A stretch of DNA of 64,000 nt, taken from the NCBI GenBank assembly GCA_964016885.1, contig OZ024743.1, positions 49,600,001-49,664,000 on the forward strand. Reading direction: 5' to 3'. The translations under genes and the position numbers were made by a program. Below, piece by piece: positions 15,154 to 28,157 of this stretch. The notes beneath the pieces are model-generated. The model was not told the DNA's origin and did no database searches. It saw only the letters and a program-made list of their open reading frames with translations. The DNA is from Eledone cirrhosa (lineage: Eukaryota). Positions within the stretch are counted from its first letter, which is position 1. Every line of letters starts with the position of its first letter.

Positions 15154-15331
15154 TATATAGTGGTTAGAGAATTGGATTCGCAATCATGAGGTTGTGAATT
15201 CGATTCCTGGAATGGCAATGCATTATGTCCCTTTATTTCAAGTTGTCCCTTCTACCTAGAGTTATGACCGATAGATAGTATTAACAATTGGAAAGACCAT
15301 TGGAAACATTGTTTCCTTGGTCCAATTTGAC

Positions 15332-15396
<65 letters not shown>

Positions 15397-15439
15397 CTTA
15401 ATATAGAAATGGCTTCTACAGGACTAGAACTGTTTACAC

Positions 15440-15473
<34 letters not shown>

Positions 15474-15477
<4 letters not shown>

Positions 15478-15957
15478 CAGCTGTCATGAAGGATGACAGC
15501 TACATAAAAGGTGCAGAGCACTAGAAGACCTGGGATGAGGTGATAAAAACCGACCTTACTCAATTGTACCTCTCAAAGGCGATGACACAGGACCATGACC
15601 TCTGGCGTCATGCAGTAATACAGAAGACCCGATTTCCCACGGGTACAAGCCGAAGCTGAAGCATATAGACAATATGTCCCCATCCCCTCGCACTGTAAAG
15701 TGGTCGTGGAGGTGCCACGGCAAAAAAGCTCCCAGCCCATACTGTAAAGTGGACGTGTAGGCGCCACAGAAAAAAAGCACCTAGCACTCACTGTAAATGA
15801 GGTTGGTGTTAGGAAGGGCATCCAGCTGTAGAAATCAAGCCAGAATCAGTTCCTGTATGAGCAAGACAAGGTCAGCCGACTGGGCACTGCCCACAACAGG
15901 ACAACCCGTCTATCCCATGCTAGCATGGAAGAATGGACGTAAAACGGTGATGATGAT
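15474..15957 (+). mobile_element. RTE LINE 3' fragment (end of ORF, 3' UTR, (GAT)n tail) inserted in (TA)n
   Basis: Encodes MKDDSYIK-like C-terminus; 3' UTR GGTTGGTGTTAGGAAGGGCATCCAGCTGTAGAAA shared with 34990-36211. Confidence 0.85.
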
Positions 15958-16043
15958 ATATAATGTGTTTGTGTTTTCCTAGTTCAAATCTCAGCGTGGT
16001 ATCATAGTATATATTATATATTTTGATGTGTTTGTCTTTGCAG

Positions 16044-16105
16044 TGATATATTTGATGCCATGTTTCCTGTACATAGACACGCTGGTGAGGTCATCATACA
16101 ACAAG
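16044..16105 (+). CDS. PRKAR1: cAMP-dependent protein kinase type I regulatory subunit, internal exon (62 nt): (S)[20 protein letters not shown](G)
   Basis: TTTGTCTTTGCAG acceptor and GTCAGT donor. Peptide matches [17 protein letters not shown] of CNB-A; the phase-1 end joins the next exon to form Gly. Confidence 0.95.
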
Positions 16106-16179
16106 GTCAGTTTCTATTTCATACATCCTTCTCTTCATTCCTTTATTTAGTTGGAGGGCATCTGCAACATTTACATACT

Positions 16180-16670
16180 GTGTCTATCTATCCAGTCACC
16201 CTCTACATACCCTGTCTATCCAGTCACCCTCTACACACCCTGTCCATCCAGTCACCCTCTACACACCCTATCCATCCACTCAATATCTACACCCTGTCCA
16301 TCCAGTCACCCTCTACACACCCTATCCATCCACTCAATATCTACACCTTGTCCATCCAGTCACCCTCTACACACCCTATCCATCCAGTCAATATCTACAC
16401 CCTGTCCATCCAGTCACACTCTACACACCCTATCCATCCAGTCAATATCTACACCCTGTCCATCCAGTCACCCTCTACACACCCTGTCCATCCAGTCACC
16501 CTCTACACACCCTATCCATCCAGTCAATATCTACACCCTGTCCATCCAGTCACCCTCTACACACCCTGTCCATCCAGTCAATATCTACACCCTATCCATC
16601 CAGTCAATATCTACACCCTGTCCATCCAGTCAATATCTACACGCTGTCTATCCAGTCAATATCTACTCCC
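16180..16670. repeat. Composite 26/28-bp minisatellite CCATCCAGTCA(CCCT/ATAT)CTACAC(AC)CCT(G/A)T
   Basis: Tandem units starting about 75 bp after the exon donor; explains ORFs 16060 and 16151. Confidence 0.9.
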
Positions 16671-17259
16671 TGTCTCTCTAGCTAGTCAACAAGTCAACCT
16701 CAACAAATCATTTATGTTAAGGTTTGGAAAGAAAAATTTAAAGAGATATTTGTCTTCTCTATTGACTGATTATCTTTGTGAAATGATTACTATTTGTTTG
16801 AACTATTAAATTTTGCTTGGACATTTAAAACACTTGTGTATCTTTATATATATTGCTTTTATAGAGAAATTGTATCTGTAGATGTATTGTTGTCAATGAA
16901 TTTACCTAGAATAATTTTACTCATTAGTTTGTATGTGGAGCAATAAAAGAGTCTTTGCCTGATCACTGAATCTGTTTGACAGCCACATCTACATATCTTA
17001 CCATTGTAAAACAATTACTACACATGTCTAGCTAAATTACTATTTGCTGAGCCATTATAATTTGATATTGAAAGCCATTTGTCAGCACATTATCTAGATC
17101 AACTAAATTACTGTATTTAATGTCATTATTGCCTACTAATTACCCACTAAAGAATATACTCACTAATTACCTATCCAAATATGGCACTCCATACTCATCA
17201 ACCTCTAAAAGACACATCAAATCCTTATCTTTTAACTTTTCGAATATTAGTTTTAATAT

Positions 17260-17602
17260 CATCACCATCCTCCTTGGCTGCACTACCATCACTACCACTA
17301 CCATCACCACCACTACCATCACCACCACTACCATCACCACCACCACCACCACCATCACCACCCCACCACCACTACCATCACCACCACCACCACCACCATC
17401 ACCACCCCACCACCACTACCATCACCACCACCACCACCACCATCACCACCCCACCACCACTACCATCACTACCACTACCATCACCACCACTACCATCACC
17501 ACCACTACCATCACCACCACCACCACCACCATCACCACCCCACCACCACTACCATCACCACCCCACCACCACTACCATCACTACCACTACAACCACCACC
17601 AC
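17260..17602. repeat. (CAC/CAT/CTA)n triplet low-complexity tract
   Basis: Direct observation. Confidence 0.9.
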
Positions 17603-17853
17603 AAAATAGAGAAGCAAGCAGAAAGATAGATAGATATATTTCTTTATTTACCATAAAGGCATAAAAAGAAGGGACAAATACAAAGGGGGAGTTTACATAC
17701 AATCGAGTAAAAAGGGTATAAAATGAAAATAATCGAAGATAACCTCAAAAGGGAGGGGACGTGATGGGGGTTGCACACACCCCCGAAAAAGTGTGCAATC
17801 CTTTGCCCGGGGAGCACATGGAGAAGGTGCTCCCCTCTCCTTCACTTCTTTAC

Positions 17854-20800
17854 CTACAGGATGGTGTACAGAGAAGGCCCATTTACACGAGCCATTCTCG
17901 CCACTATCACCCACCTTTCATAAAACTGCCTGTGGCCAAGCACCTCTCTCTCCATTCTTATCCTTCTTCCGAAGTGATATCGGAAGAAGTAGACCAGACT
18001 ATGGCCAGAGAGGAAGTTGCCTGACCTCAGACCTTTCAATCGTGTCCACCAAACAACCTCTTTCAACATGGCTATTACGCACAGAAAAACCGCCTTTGCT
18101 TCCTTTGTGAAGAGGGGAGGCGGTTTGATTGTCATCACGGACTCGGCGGTCAATTGAATCGGCGCCACCCGCGACAGCAGTTGTTCGGCGTAGCCCCACA
18201 GATCAGCCACGCCCGGACATTGCACCAATGCGTGCGCAACGGTTTCTTCGTGACGCACGCATCTAGGGCAAATCTTTTTTGAGGGACCCTGCCCGGGCGC
18301 CCGTGTCTGTAGAGCCTCTCTTGAACGGGTAGAGCCCCCTGGTAGCACTGCCAGGCTAGTGACTTCTGGAAGTTGTCCATTGGTACCGGGCCGAAAGTCC
18401 TACCGAACAGGCTGGCCAGTTCGTCCTCTTCCATGTCCAGCGACTCTCCAAGGGTGTCATCACCCCTGCTAGCCACCAACCCTCTATAGAATGATGAGGT
18501 GGATTCTCCACCGACGGCCTGGCCCGCTTGCCAGAGAGCCCTGAGCGCCTGAGCACACTCAGTGTGCCAGTCTCCCAGTTTTCCGGATTTTTGCTTGACC
18601 CAGGACTGCAGCTCGGTGAGCGAGACGAGTCTCGGAAAGGCTCGTTTCACGAACGGAGCCCACACCGGTTGACCAGTGAGGAATACTTGTAGGTGCCGTA
18701 GCCTTAATGCGTGCCTACGCATCATCAACCACGGCATCCCCAGCCCTCCTTTCGAAGGTTGTTGGCAGCAGATGGATCTTCTCACCATAGGAGGGCGCTT
18801 CTTCCAAAGAAATTGGAAGATCATGCGTTCCATGGTGGTGAGTGTTTCCTTAGGGCAAGGCACGACAGTCAGGTGGTAGTAAGTGACGGACGCTATGTAA
18901 ATGTTCGCCACCTCCGCCCGCCCTTTTAGGGACAGCTTACACTTGGCCCATTTCTGGGTTAGTGCAAACACCTTGTTTGTAACCTCGTTCCAGTGCTTTT
19001 CCACCTGGAGGTCCGGTCCAAACCAGACCCCAAGCAACTTTACCGAGCCCTCCGTCCAGTGTCCGACGACACCGTCGGGAGGCATCGGTCTGCCTCTCCA
19101 CGTTCCGAGTTGCAGCCCGATGGATTTTTCCCGGTTCAGTTTTGCTCCTGACAACCTTTCGTAATCCTCCAGTAAGGTACCGATTGCCTCGATCTCCAAG
19201 TCGGTCGATACCATTACTGTTACGTCATCGGCGTAGGCCGACACCGCTTTGCTCAATCCTGGTTCCAGGGGGATACCCTGCAACAACTCCAACTTCCTCA
19301 GTAAAGGCTCGAGAGTCAATATGTACAGAAGGGAGGAGAGAGGGCACCCCTGTCGAATGGATCGTGTGATTTCGAACGGCTTCGAAAGGTAGCCGTTCAC
19401 CTTGATCCTAGAACAGATGTGGTTGCTATGTAAGGCAGTGATCCAGCCTCTGAAAACAGGACCGAACCCAGCCGCCACTAGCACCGCATCCAGGTAACCA
19501 TGGCCGACCCTATCGAAGGCCTTAGACTGATCCAAGTTGATCAGGGCCCCACCGAAGCCGGGTTTGTTGCCAACCCTCTCTATGATATATCGCATGAGGT
19601 GGAGGTTATCGTGAATGGACCTGGATGGGATAGCACATGTCTGCGCATCTCCCACCAGGCCACCCACGACAAGCGCCAACCTCTTTGCTAACACCTTGGC
19701 CAAAATCTTTAACTCTGTGTTTAGCAGGGTTATGGGCCGAAAATTATTTATACTATCTCCCTTGTTCTCGTCCTTCCTCACCAGCGTGACTACGCCCTTG
19801 GCTACAGAACAAGGAATTCTCCCGTTCTGCTGCCAATTGCAGTAGACCGCTTCGAGGAGTTCGGAGAAGAAACCGGCATTGCTAAATAAAGTTCGTAAGG
19901 TATACCATCGAGACCTGGAGATTTGCGTCTGCTGCATTGGCTCAGCGCATCTCCGATCTCATCAGCCGAGATTGGTCCCTCGCAGGACTCTGCCTCTTCG
20001 CTCGAGAGACACGGCAGGCCGTCGAGGTATGGACCGAAATCCACGTCCCCGCCCGGACCCTCGCCTCCACCGAACAATCGGGCAAAGTGCCTTTGAAAGG
20101 TCTCGCACATCTGCTTAGGCTCCCGGATCACCCGTCCATCTTTGTCTTGCAACGACCGGATGGTGGATCGATTTCCACTCTTAGCTTCTGTCACGCGGGC
20201 CCAGCCAACGGCTTTGGCCCCCTCATTACCTAGAGCACGTATTTTACTTCGAATGACGCAGCCTTCGTGCTTTGCATCGAAAAACTGGTTCAAAGCCGTC
20301 CTCGATGCCAGCACTCTGGCCACATCTTCGCTCTTGATTGCCTCTTCTAATTTACCTGTTAATTCTTTCTCGTTTCTATTCCTATCGGCAGCTAACATCT
20401 TGCTATAACTTATTGATTCTGTTTTAATCTCTCTTTTGAGAGATGCCCACCATCGGTTGTTGACGATTGCACCCATCAACCTCTCCTTAACTAATCTGCT
20501 AATCCGGTTTCTGTAAGTCTCTTTTGCCGGTAAAGACAAATTAAGTTTCCAGTAACCGGGACCCTGTTTATGTGTTTTCTCGAGATTGACTACGCAGGTC
20601 ACTAATTTGTGATCCGTGTAGCCAACCGTGCGCATTTCTGGACAGCTTAATATGTCCCTATCCTTACTTCTAACTAAGAATCTATCTAAGTACGATCTAG
20701 ATTGACCACTGTGGTTTCTCCAAGTCCAGGTAGGCACAGTTGGAAAATCTAGTCGATATCTATCGACCAAGTTTTAACGGTCGAGTAACCCCTTGAGGCT

Positions 20801-21289
20801 GTTACACCCCCCACTATTAGGACATACTCCTGCATAGTCCCAACGTGCATCTAGGATGTCATTCCAATCCCCCGCTAGAAGCAGGGAACGCGACGTTCCC
20901 AGAAAAGTCTCTAAACGCTGGAAGAAGTCGGGCCGTTCAGCTCCGAAAGGGGAGTAGACGGCGACCAGTCTTAAGGCCGCACCTTCACTACTGCCAACGT
21001 CTAGCACCAACAAATGACCCTCCGGGTCCGAGTGCACAACCTGTACGGCAAGACCCAGGTGTTTTTGCAGCAGTACGACAACCCCACCCCCACCTCCAGC
21101 TTGACAGAGAGATGCATGCACCTCAAAGTCATCGAAGGTAGTGGCCAGCTGCCGCACGACGCTGATCCGAGTCTCACAGATAACCATTACATTTATACCA
21201 CATGACCTGAGGTCATTTAGAAGCTTTGCTTGCTTCCAAGTTGAGCCCAGGCCACGTGCATTCAAACATCCTACTCTTAACACATCCAT
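17854..21289 (-). pseudogene. Tx1 ORF2 (APE endonuclease, reverse transcriptase, zinc finger) with one in-frame stop and two 1-nt deletions
   Basis: Motifs LNARGL, ICET, GDWN, SYLDRF, TDH, NFRPITLLN, LDQSKAFDRV, RQGCPLS, YADD. TAA at 20774-20776; deletions near 19870 and 18285 relative to the copy at 53537. Confidence 0.9.
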
Positions 21290-21322
21290 GCGGGCGGCAG
21301 AGCCAAAGGAGAGTGTAGAGAC

Positions 21323-23216
21323 CTACCTTTCCGCTTCCCGGGGTTCGGGTCGCACGACTTCCATGGGGTCGGGGGTGTTGGGTGAAGGGGTGTCTTGTGG
21401 TGGTGTGGGGTCGTCAGTGTGTGGTGGGGTTGGGGTGTTTGGAGTTGTGTTGGGAAGGGGAGGGGGAAAGCTTTTTAGTAGGACGCGGTTTATGGGTTTG
21501 ACAGAGGGTGGTCCTACGTCCTCCTTAAAATCCTTTTTTAGTTTTTGGCAGAGGTTCATTGGGATCTTTATTAATTTTAAATGTGGGTAGTTTTCTGAAG
21601 AAACAAAGTTTACACCTTCGGTTTGTACCGAAGGATTATTGTTTATGAGTTCATTTAATTTATTATTGTTTCTGTTGATGTAAGTATAGTGTAATGTCTT
21701 TTTTTCGGATGGTGTGAGTGTTTCGAAGAGGCGAGGGGCAGGTTTGGTTTTGTTTGTTGCTGGAGGGGTGTTTTGTGTTTTGTTGGATTGTGTTGACATT
21801 TGGGTGGGGGTTGTTTGGCCTTGTGTGTTTTGCACATGTTTTCTTTTTTTCCTTTTAATCTGTCTGAAGGACTCCGTTTCTTCCTCCGAATTCGTTGGGT
21901 TATCTTCAGTGTTGGAGGGAAGAGGTATGTTTGCTGGTAATGTTTCCGTGTTGGTTTTCTTTGTGGGGGAGATGGATGTCACTATGTTAGACTGTGTTGT
22001 GTGTTGTGTCTGCGGTGGTTGTGTTGTTTTATTGAGTGAGGGGTTGGGTGGGCCTGTATTTTGTTTTGGGGTAATGTGTTGTGACTGTTTGTGTTGTGGT
22101 GGTGGTGTAGTTTTACTGAGGGACGGGTTGGGTGGGACTGAGTTTTGTTGTTTGTTTATCTGTGGTGGTGGTGGAGCTGGTGTTGGTAGCAGGGTTTTCT
22201 TTTTGTTGAGTTGGGGACAAGCGGCCTTCAGGTGCCCTCTGCCTGCACAGATATGACAGGACGGCCTTCTCCCCTCCACGCTAATGTTTATATACCCGTG
22301 GCCCTCTAATAGGATTCTGTCGGGTATTTGGGCGATGCGTTCAGGCTTCATTTGCACTACCAGCTCTATACCTGTTCCACTGAACGCATTGCCTGTGGTT
22401 TTCCCAATGGAAATCACGTTGTCATTCACTGGATCGATGAAGCCAGCTATGAGCCAGCAGTAGTCCACATCTGGCATCATTACATCCAGCCATATGCGTT
22501 GAGTTCTTTTACCCATATAAGATGGATAAAAGGTAAAATTTTTCGAACGAATCGGTGACAAAGCATATTTTTTGGCCGCCGATTCGTTCTTCATAATAAT
22601 TGCTAGGCTTCCATACAGTCTGTCTTTTCTTATGAAAGTGGTTTCATTAAGTACTTCTGTGAGTACTGTTTTGATATCTGCCTGAGTTGGCTGTTCAGGT
22701 TTTTTTGAAGTGTTGTTGATGGTGCGGAACACGACCGTTCGACTTTCAATGTCTTTGGTGAGTTCTTGAGGCATTTTTACCGATAAAATACCATTCTCTC
22801 CTTCACCTATGTATTGTTTGGCGTCTGTGATTCTTCGTGCCACATCTGAAATATTTTCAGGTATATATGTCAAAGATTTCTTTGTTGTTTGTGCAAATGA
22901 AATCTTGTTGACTCTGTTGTCTGCTTTGCTTTCTGTTATGGTGTTATTTTCAAATGTTATTTTTGTGTTTGTTGTGTCTTTGTTTGTGGTATTAGTATTG
23001 TCATGCAATTTTTCAAATTTTTTTTTTTCCGTTGTTGGAATCCATGTCCAGATTTGTGTTTTCATCATTTTTCTCCGCAGATTCGTCTGTTTTTATTTTA
23101 TTTTTTCCTTTCTTCTCTATGACGTTAGTTGGAAAGGAAGGGGGGACTAAAGCGTGCGAGCTTACAACTCTTACCGCTGTCCCCCCACCACTATTTTCGT
23201 TCGCTTCGTTTAACAT
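21323..23216 (-). pseudogene. Tx1 ORF1 (gag-like, zinc knuckle CHICAGRGHLKAAC); probable start at ATG 23216 with a frameshift in the A-run near 23018-23028
   Basis: 581-aa ORF 21323-23068 plus overlapping 67-aa ORF 23013-23216, which ends in the homopolymer. Confidence 0.8.
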
Positions 23217-23479
23217 TTCTGTCAGACGATTGACATTTTTTTTGCCACAAAATTTTTAAAACAGGTTTTTCACCTCTAGGAGGGGTAAAGATGCGCTGAC
23301 CCACCGCCTGACAGTTCAGACGGGGGGTCAAGCTACACAATAGTATCAAAATTAAATTTGAACTCACAAAATTTCCGCAATAAATTTGAACAAAACTTCT
23401 GCGCGAAGTGAATTACATCCACACTGTAGAACAGACGACAGTTAGATTAGCAGAAAGATAGATAGATAGATTGATAAAC

Positions 23480-23966
23480 AGACATACTGGCTGATAGATA
23501 GAGTGGCTGATAGATAGAGTGGCTGATAGACACATAGAGTGGCTGATAGATAGAGTGACTGATAGACACATAGAGTGACTGATAGACACATAGAGTGGCT
23601 GATAGACACATAGAGTGGCTGATAGACACATAGAGTGGCTGATAGACACATAGAGTGACTGATAGACACATAGAGTGACTGATAGCCACATAGAGTGGCT
23701 GATAGCCACATAGAGTGGCTGATAGACACATAGAGTGGCTGATAGACACATAGAGTGGCTGATAGACACATAGAGTGGCTGATAGACACATAGAGTGGCT
23801 GATAGACACATAGAGTGACTGATAGACACATAGAGTGACTGATAGACACATAGAGTGACTGATAGACACATAGAGTGACTGATAGACACATAGAGTGACT
23901 GATAGACACATAGAGTGGCTTATAGACACATAGAGTGACTGATAGACACATAGAGTGGCTGATAGA
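23480..23966. repeat. 20-bp minisatellite GATAGACACATAGAGTG(G/A)CT, about 23 copies
   Basis: Tandem periodicity; explains ORFs 23413-23951. Confidence 0.95.
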
Positions 23967-24074
23967 TCTATTACTGTTGAAACCTGACCAGAATTCCTTG
24001 TGGAAATATTAGTAAATCTTTTATTAAAAAATCAATTTGCTTTATATTTACTTGAGTGTGAAGTGAGAAAGTGT

Positions 24075-24812
24075 TGATAGATGTGGTGGTGGTGTATAGA
24101 GGGATAGATGTGGTGGTGGTGTATATAGGGATAGATGTGGTGGTGGTGTATAGAGGGATAGATGTGGTGGTGGTGTAGAGAGGGATAGATATGGTGGTGG
24201 TGGTGGTGTAGAGAGGGATTGATATGGTGGTGGTGTAGAGAGGGATAGATGTGGTGGTTGTTGTGGTGTAGAGAGGGATAGATGTGGTGGTTGTGGTGGT
24301 GTAGAGAGGGATAGATGTGGTGGTGGTGGTGGTGTAGAGAGGGATAGATGTGGTGGTGGTGGTGTAGAGAGGGATAGATGTGGTGGTGGTGGTGTATAGA
24401 GGGATAGATGTGGTGGTGGTGGTGTAGAGAGGGATAGATGTGGTGGTGGTGGTGGAGGTGGTAGTGGTAGAGATGGTAGTGGTGTTGGTGGTAGAGGTAG
24501 TGGTTGTAGTGGTAGAGGTGGTAGTGGTAGAGGTGTAGTGGTAGTAGTATAGGTAGTTATGGTAGTGGTAGAGGTTGTAGTCGTGGTGGTGGTAGTGGTG
24601 GAGGCGGTGGTGGTAGTAGTGGTAGAGGTGGTAGTAGTATAGGTAGTTATGGTAGAGGTGGTAGTGGTAGAGGTAGAGGTGGTAGTGGTAGAGGTAGAGG
24701 TGGTAGTAGTATCGGTAGTTATGGTAGAAGTGGTAGAGGTGGTGGAAGTGGTGGTGGTAGTAGTGGTAGAGGTGGTAGTAGTATAGGTAGTTATGATAGA
24801 GGTGGTAGTGGT
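24075..24812. repeat. Minisatellite ATAGATG(TGG)nTGTAGAGAGGG followed by a (GGT/AGT/AGA)n tract
   Basis: Direct observation. Confidence 0.9.
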
Positions 24813-25358
24813 ATATCCATCAAGTAATTTGATTACACTAACCTTATTAGCCAATAAATAAAACAATTTTTTCAATGTCATTCTTTCATTTCATCAACAG
24901 CAGCATGTTGGTTTCTGCTGCCCCCACACCCCTCTCACACACACTCTCTCTCTGTCTCCCCCCTCTCACACCCTCGCCACACCCCCTCTTACTCTCTCTC
25001 ACATACACTCTCACCTCCTCCATTCTCTCACCCTTCTCTCTCACACCCTCACCACACACCCTCTCTCACCCCCTCTCCCTCACCCCTCTCCACCCCCTTT
25101 CTCTCACCCCCTCACCCCTTCCGTTCTCCCACCCTTCTCTCTCACACAACCTCTCTCTCACCCCTCTCCACATACCCTCCCCCTATCACCCATCTCTGCA
25201 CCCCCTCTCTCACTCTCTCACACACATACACACACACTCTCTCCCACTCTTACACACACACTCGACCACTCTCTTTTCCTCACCCCTGCTCTCTCTCTCT
25301 AACATACACACCACACTCCTTCTCCCTCTACCCCCCCCCTCTTCACACCCGTTTCTCT

Positions 25359-25700
25359 TCCACTCAACTCTATAAACCACGTTTCACCTCCACTCAACTC
25401 TATAAACCACGTTTCACCTCCACTCAACACTATAAACCATGTTTAACCTCCACTCAACTCTATAAACCACGTTTGACCTCCACTCAACTCTATAAACCAC
25501 GTTTCACCTCCACTCAACTCTATAAACCACGTTTCACCTCCACTCAACTCTATAAACCACGTTTCACCTCCACTCAACACTATAAACCATGTTTCACCTC
25601 CACTCAACTCTATAAACCATGTTTCACCTCCACTCAACTCTATAAACCACGTTTCACCTCCACTCAACTCTATTAAACCATGCTTCACCTCCACTCAACC
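25359..25700. repeat. 30-bp minisatellite CCACTCAACTCTATAAACCACGTTTCACCT, about 11 copies
   Basis: Tandem periodicity. Confidence 0.95.
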
Positions 25701-25932
25701 ATTTCACAACTCATAATCACTGAATCTATTCTCACTATCAATTTTCATTCTCTTCCTCTTTCCCATCATGCATTAATATCACAACTTCCTCTTTCTCAAA
25801 TAGCCAATGGCAACCTGGGAAATATAAATGTAATTATATAAAAAAACGAAGTTAATTTAATCACCACCATCATCATCATCATCATCATTTCATGTCAATT
25901 TTACATGTGAGCATGGGCTAGATGGGTTGTAT

Positions 25933-26225
25933 TCTCACAACTCCCCCATTCCCATCATGCAACAGTCTCACAACTCCCCCACTCCCATCATGCAACAGTC
26001 TCACAGCTCCTTCATTCCCATCATGCAACAGTCTCACAGCTCCTTCATTCCCATCATGCAACAGTCTCACAACTCCTCCATTCCCATCATGCAACAGTCT
26101 CACAACTCTCCCATTCCCATCATGCAACAGTTTCACGACTCCCCCATTCCCATCATGCAACAGTCTCACAACTCCCCCATTCCCATCATGCAACAGTCAC
26201 AACTCCCCCATTCCCATCATGCAAT
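25933..26225. repeat. 33-bp minisatellite TCTCACAACTCCCCCATTCCCATCATGCAACAG, about 9 copies
   Basis: Tandem periodicity. Confidence 0.95.
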
Positions 26226-26641
26226 AACCTCACAACCTTCACATCTTACTTTTCTACAACATCCAACAGTTTCTCACCAGTTACCCCTCCACCCCTACCC
26301 CACCCCCACACACCTACCTACATTACTCCTACTCCAATCAATCAATACTCTAAAACTGATAATTTGGTGCAGATAACTTCAGTCATTGATTTCCTGGGTT
26401 ACAATTTCTGCTTCATCAACTTTTCTTATTCTTATCTTAAGCTGCTGCTGCTTCTTCCCTCTCACAATTTACTAACAATTTCTTTCATATGTATTCTTTT
26501 TCTTCGTATTCAAGAAACATTTTCTTTACACATTGCATAGATATTAAACAATATGCTGACTGGATTGTCATCGTTGGAAAGTCTTTATTTCTTATTACAG
26601 CTGGTTATTGAAATACACCTAACAGTTTTAACAAGAAAATC

Positions 26642-27280
26642 ATAATTGTTTCTACTTTTGGCACAAGGCCAGCAATTAACAAGTGTATTACTGGTACTTT
26701 ATTTTATCGACCTCATAAGGATGAAAGGCAAAGTTAACCTTGGCGGGATTTGAACTCAGATCATAAAGGGCCGTAACTCTATGCTGCAAAGCATGGTGTC
26801 AGACCCTCTACCGATACTGCCAATCCACCGCCCCTTAACAAGTATATCATAATGATGTATATATAAACATGATGTAAGAACAATCTTTTTTGGCAAAATC
26901 TGTAGAGCGTCGGACACCATGCTTTGCAGCATATAGTTACAACCCTTTACATTCTGAGTTCAAATCCCTTCGAGGTTAGCTTTGTCTTTCATCCTTATGG
27001 GGTTGATAAAATAAAGTACCAGTAATGCACTGACGTTGATTTAATCGCCTTTTCTCACCCCTCCCCCCAAAATTGTTGGCCTTGTGCCTAAATCAGAAAT
27101 CATTATTTACGGTAGAGGGTCGGACGCCATGCTTTCCAGCATAGTTACGTCCCTTTACGATCTGAGTTCAAATCCCGCCGAGGTTGACTTTGCCTTTCAT
27201 CCTTACGGGGTCGATAAAATAAAGTACCAGTAATGCACTGGGTAATTGCTGGCCTTGTGCCTAAAGTAGAAACAATTATT
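26642..27280. mobile_element. Cluster of three SINE family A copies (26642-26835 minus; about 26900-27105 plus; about 27110-27280 plus)
   Basis: Each matches 13143-13330 (B-box, TTTCATCCTTA.GGGG.GATAAAATAAAGTACCAG). Confidence 0.85.
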
Positions 27281-27555
27281 TAAAAACCCCAAAACATTTA
27301 CAAGTAAATATTTGTAATATGTCCCTTCAAATCCAAACAAAAGAAACATATTCACTACTAAACTAATAGATAGTAAATGTTTCCCACACCCATTTCCTGT
27401 TTTATTATCCTTGTGCTGTCTATTCTTCCTCATATTCCACACCTAAACTTTTACTATTATCTAATAGTTACTTGACTTTGTCTTTCCCATCATGCAATAG
27501 TCTCACAACCTTTACCCCCAGCTTTTCCACATCTACCTCTTTCTCACCACTTAAC

Positions 27556-27890
27556 TCCACCACCCCTCTCATACCACCACCCCTCTTGTGCCCTCCCTCC
27601 TCTCATACCCCCCTCTCATACCACCACCCCCTCTCATACCACCACCCCCTCTCATACCACCACCCCCTCTCATGCCACCACCCCCTCTCATGCCACCCCC
27701 CCTCTCATACCCCCTCTCACCCCCATACCCCCTCTCATACCACCACCCCCTCTCACCCCCCTCTCATACCACCACCCCCTCTCACACCACCCCCTCTCAT
27801 ACCACCTCCTCTCATACCACCACCCCCTCTCATACCACCACCCCTCTTGTGCCCTCCCTCCTCTCATACCTCCCTCTCTTAACCCCCCCC
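27556..27890. repeat. C-rich 18-bp minisatellite CCACCCCCTCTCATACCA
   Basis: Tandem periodicity. Confidence 0.85.
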
Positions 27891-28108
27891 CTACATGCAC
27901 TACCCCCCCCCCCATATCCTGTTTACCATATTACCTACTGTCCAGACTGTTTATGTACTGTTTTAAAAGTTAATAAATAATGGTGGTGAATCTTTAAAAA
28001 TTAAACAGTCACTGATAAGTATTATATTGACTCTCTATACTGTATATTGTTGACTTTATATACTTTAATTCAGTATATGTCACACACGCCCATAAAACAA
28101 GCATTTAT

Positions 28109-28143
<35 letters not shown>

Positions 28144-28157
28144 GTATATATATATAT

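Larger units (their letters stand above)
17637..23448 (-). mobile_element. Full-length Tx1-clade non-LTR retrotransposon (about 5.8 kb), inactivated
   Basis: 20-bp TSD AGCAGAAAGATAGATAGATA at 17617-17636 and 23449-23468. ORF1 with CCHC knuckle; ORF2 with APE endonuclease, RT and C-terminal CPRC..H...C; 3' end AATAAAGAAATA. Confidence 0.92.

Noticed and set aside
14825-15989. 16-bp direct repeat TTTTCCTAGTTCAAAT as TSD of a 1.1-kb composite element
   Set aside because: The repeats do not abut element ends and enclose several unrelated insertions; more likely an old host duplication.
16060-16809. 249-aa ORF as a standalone gene
   Set aside because: Only the first 46 nt are exon; the rest is read-through past the GT donor into a minisatellite.
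17120-17629. Thr/Pro/His-rich ORFs (also 24048-24881, 25443-26376, 27472-27980)
   Set aside because: Translations of triplet tracts and minisatellites with no splice or homology support.
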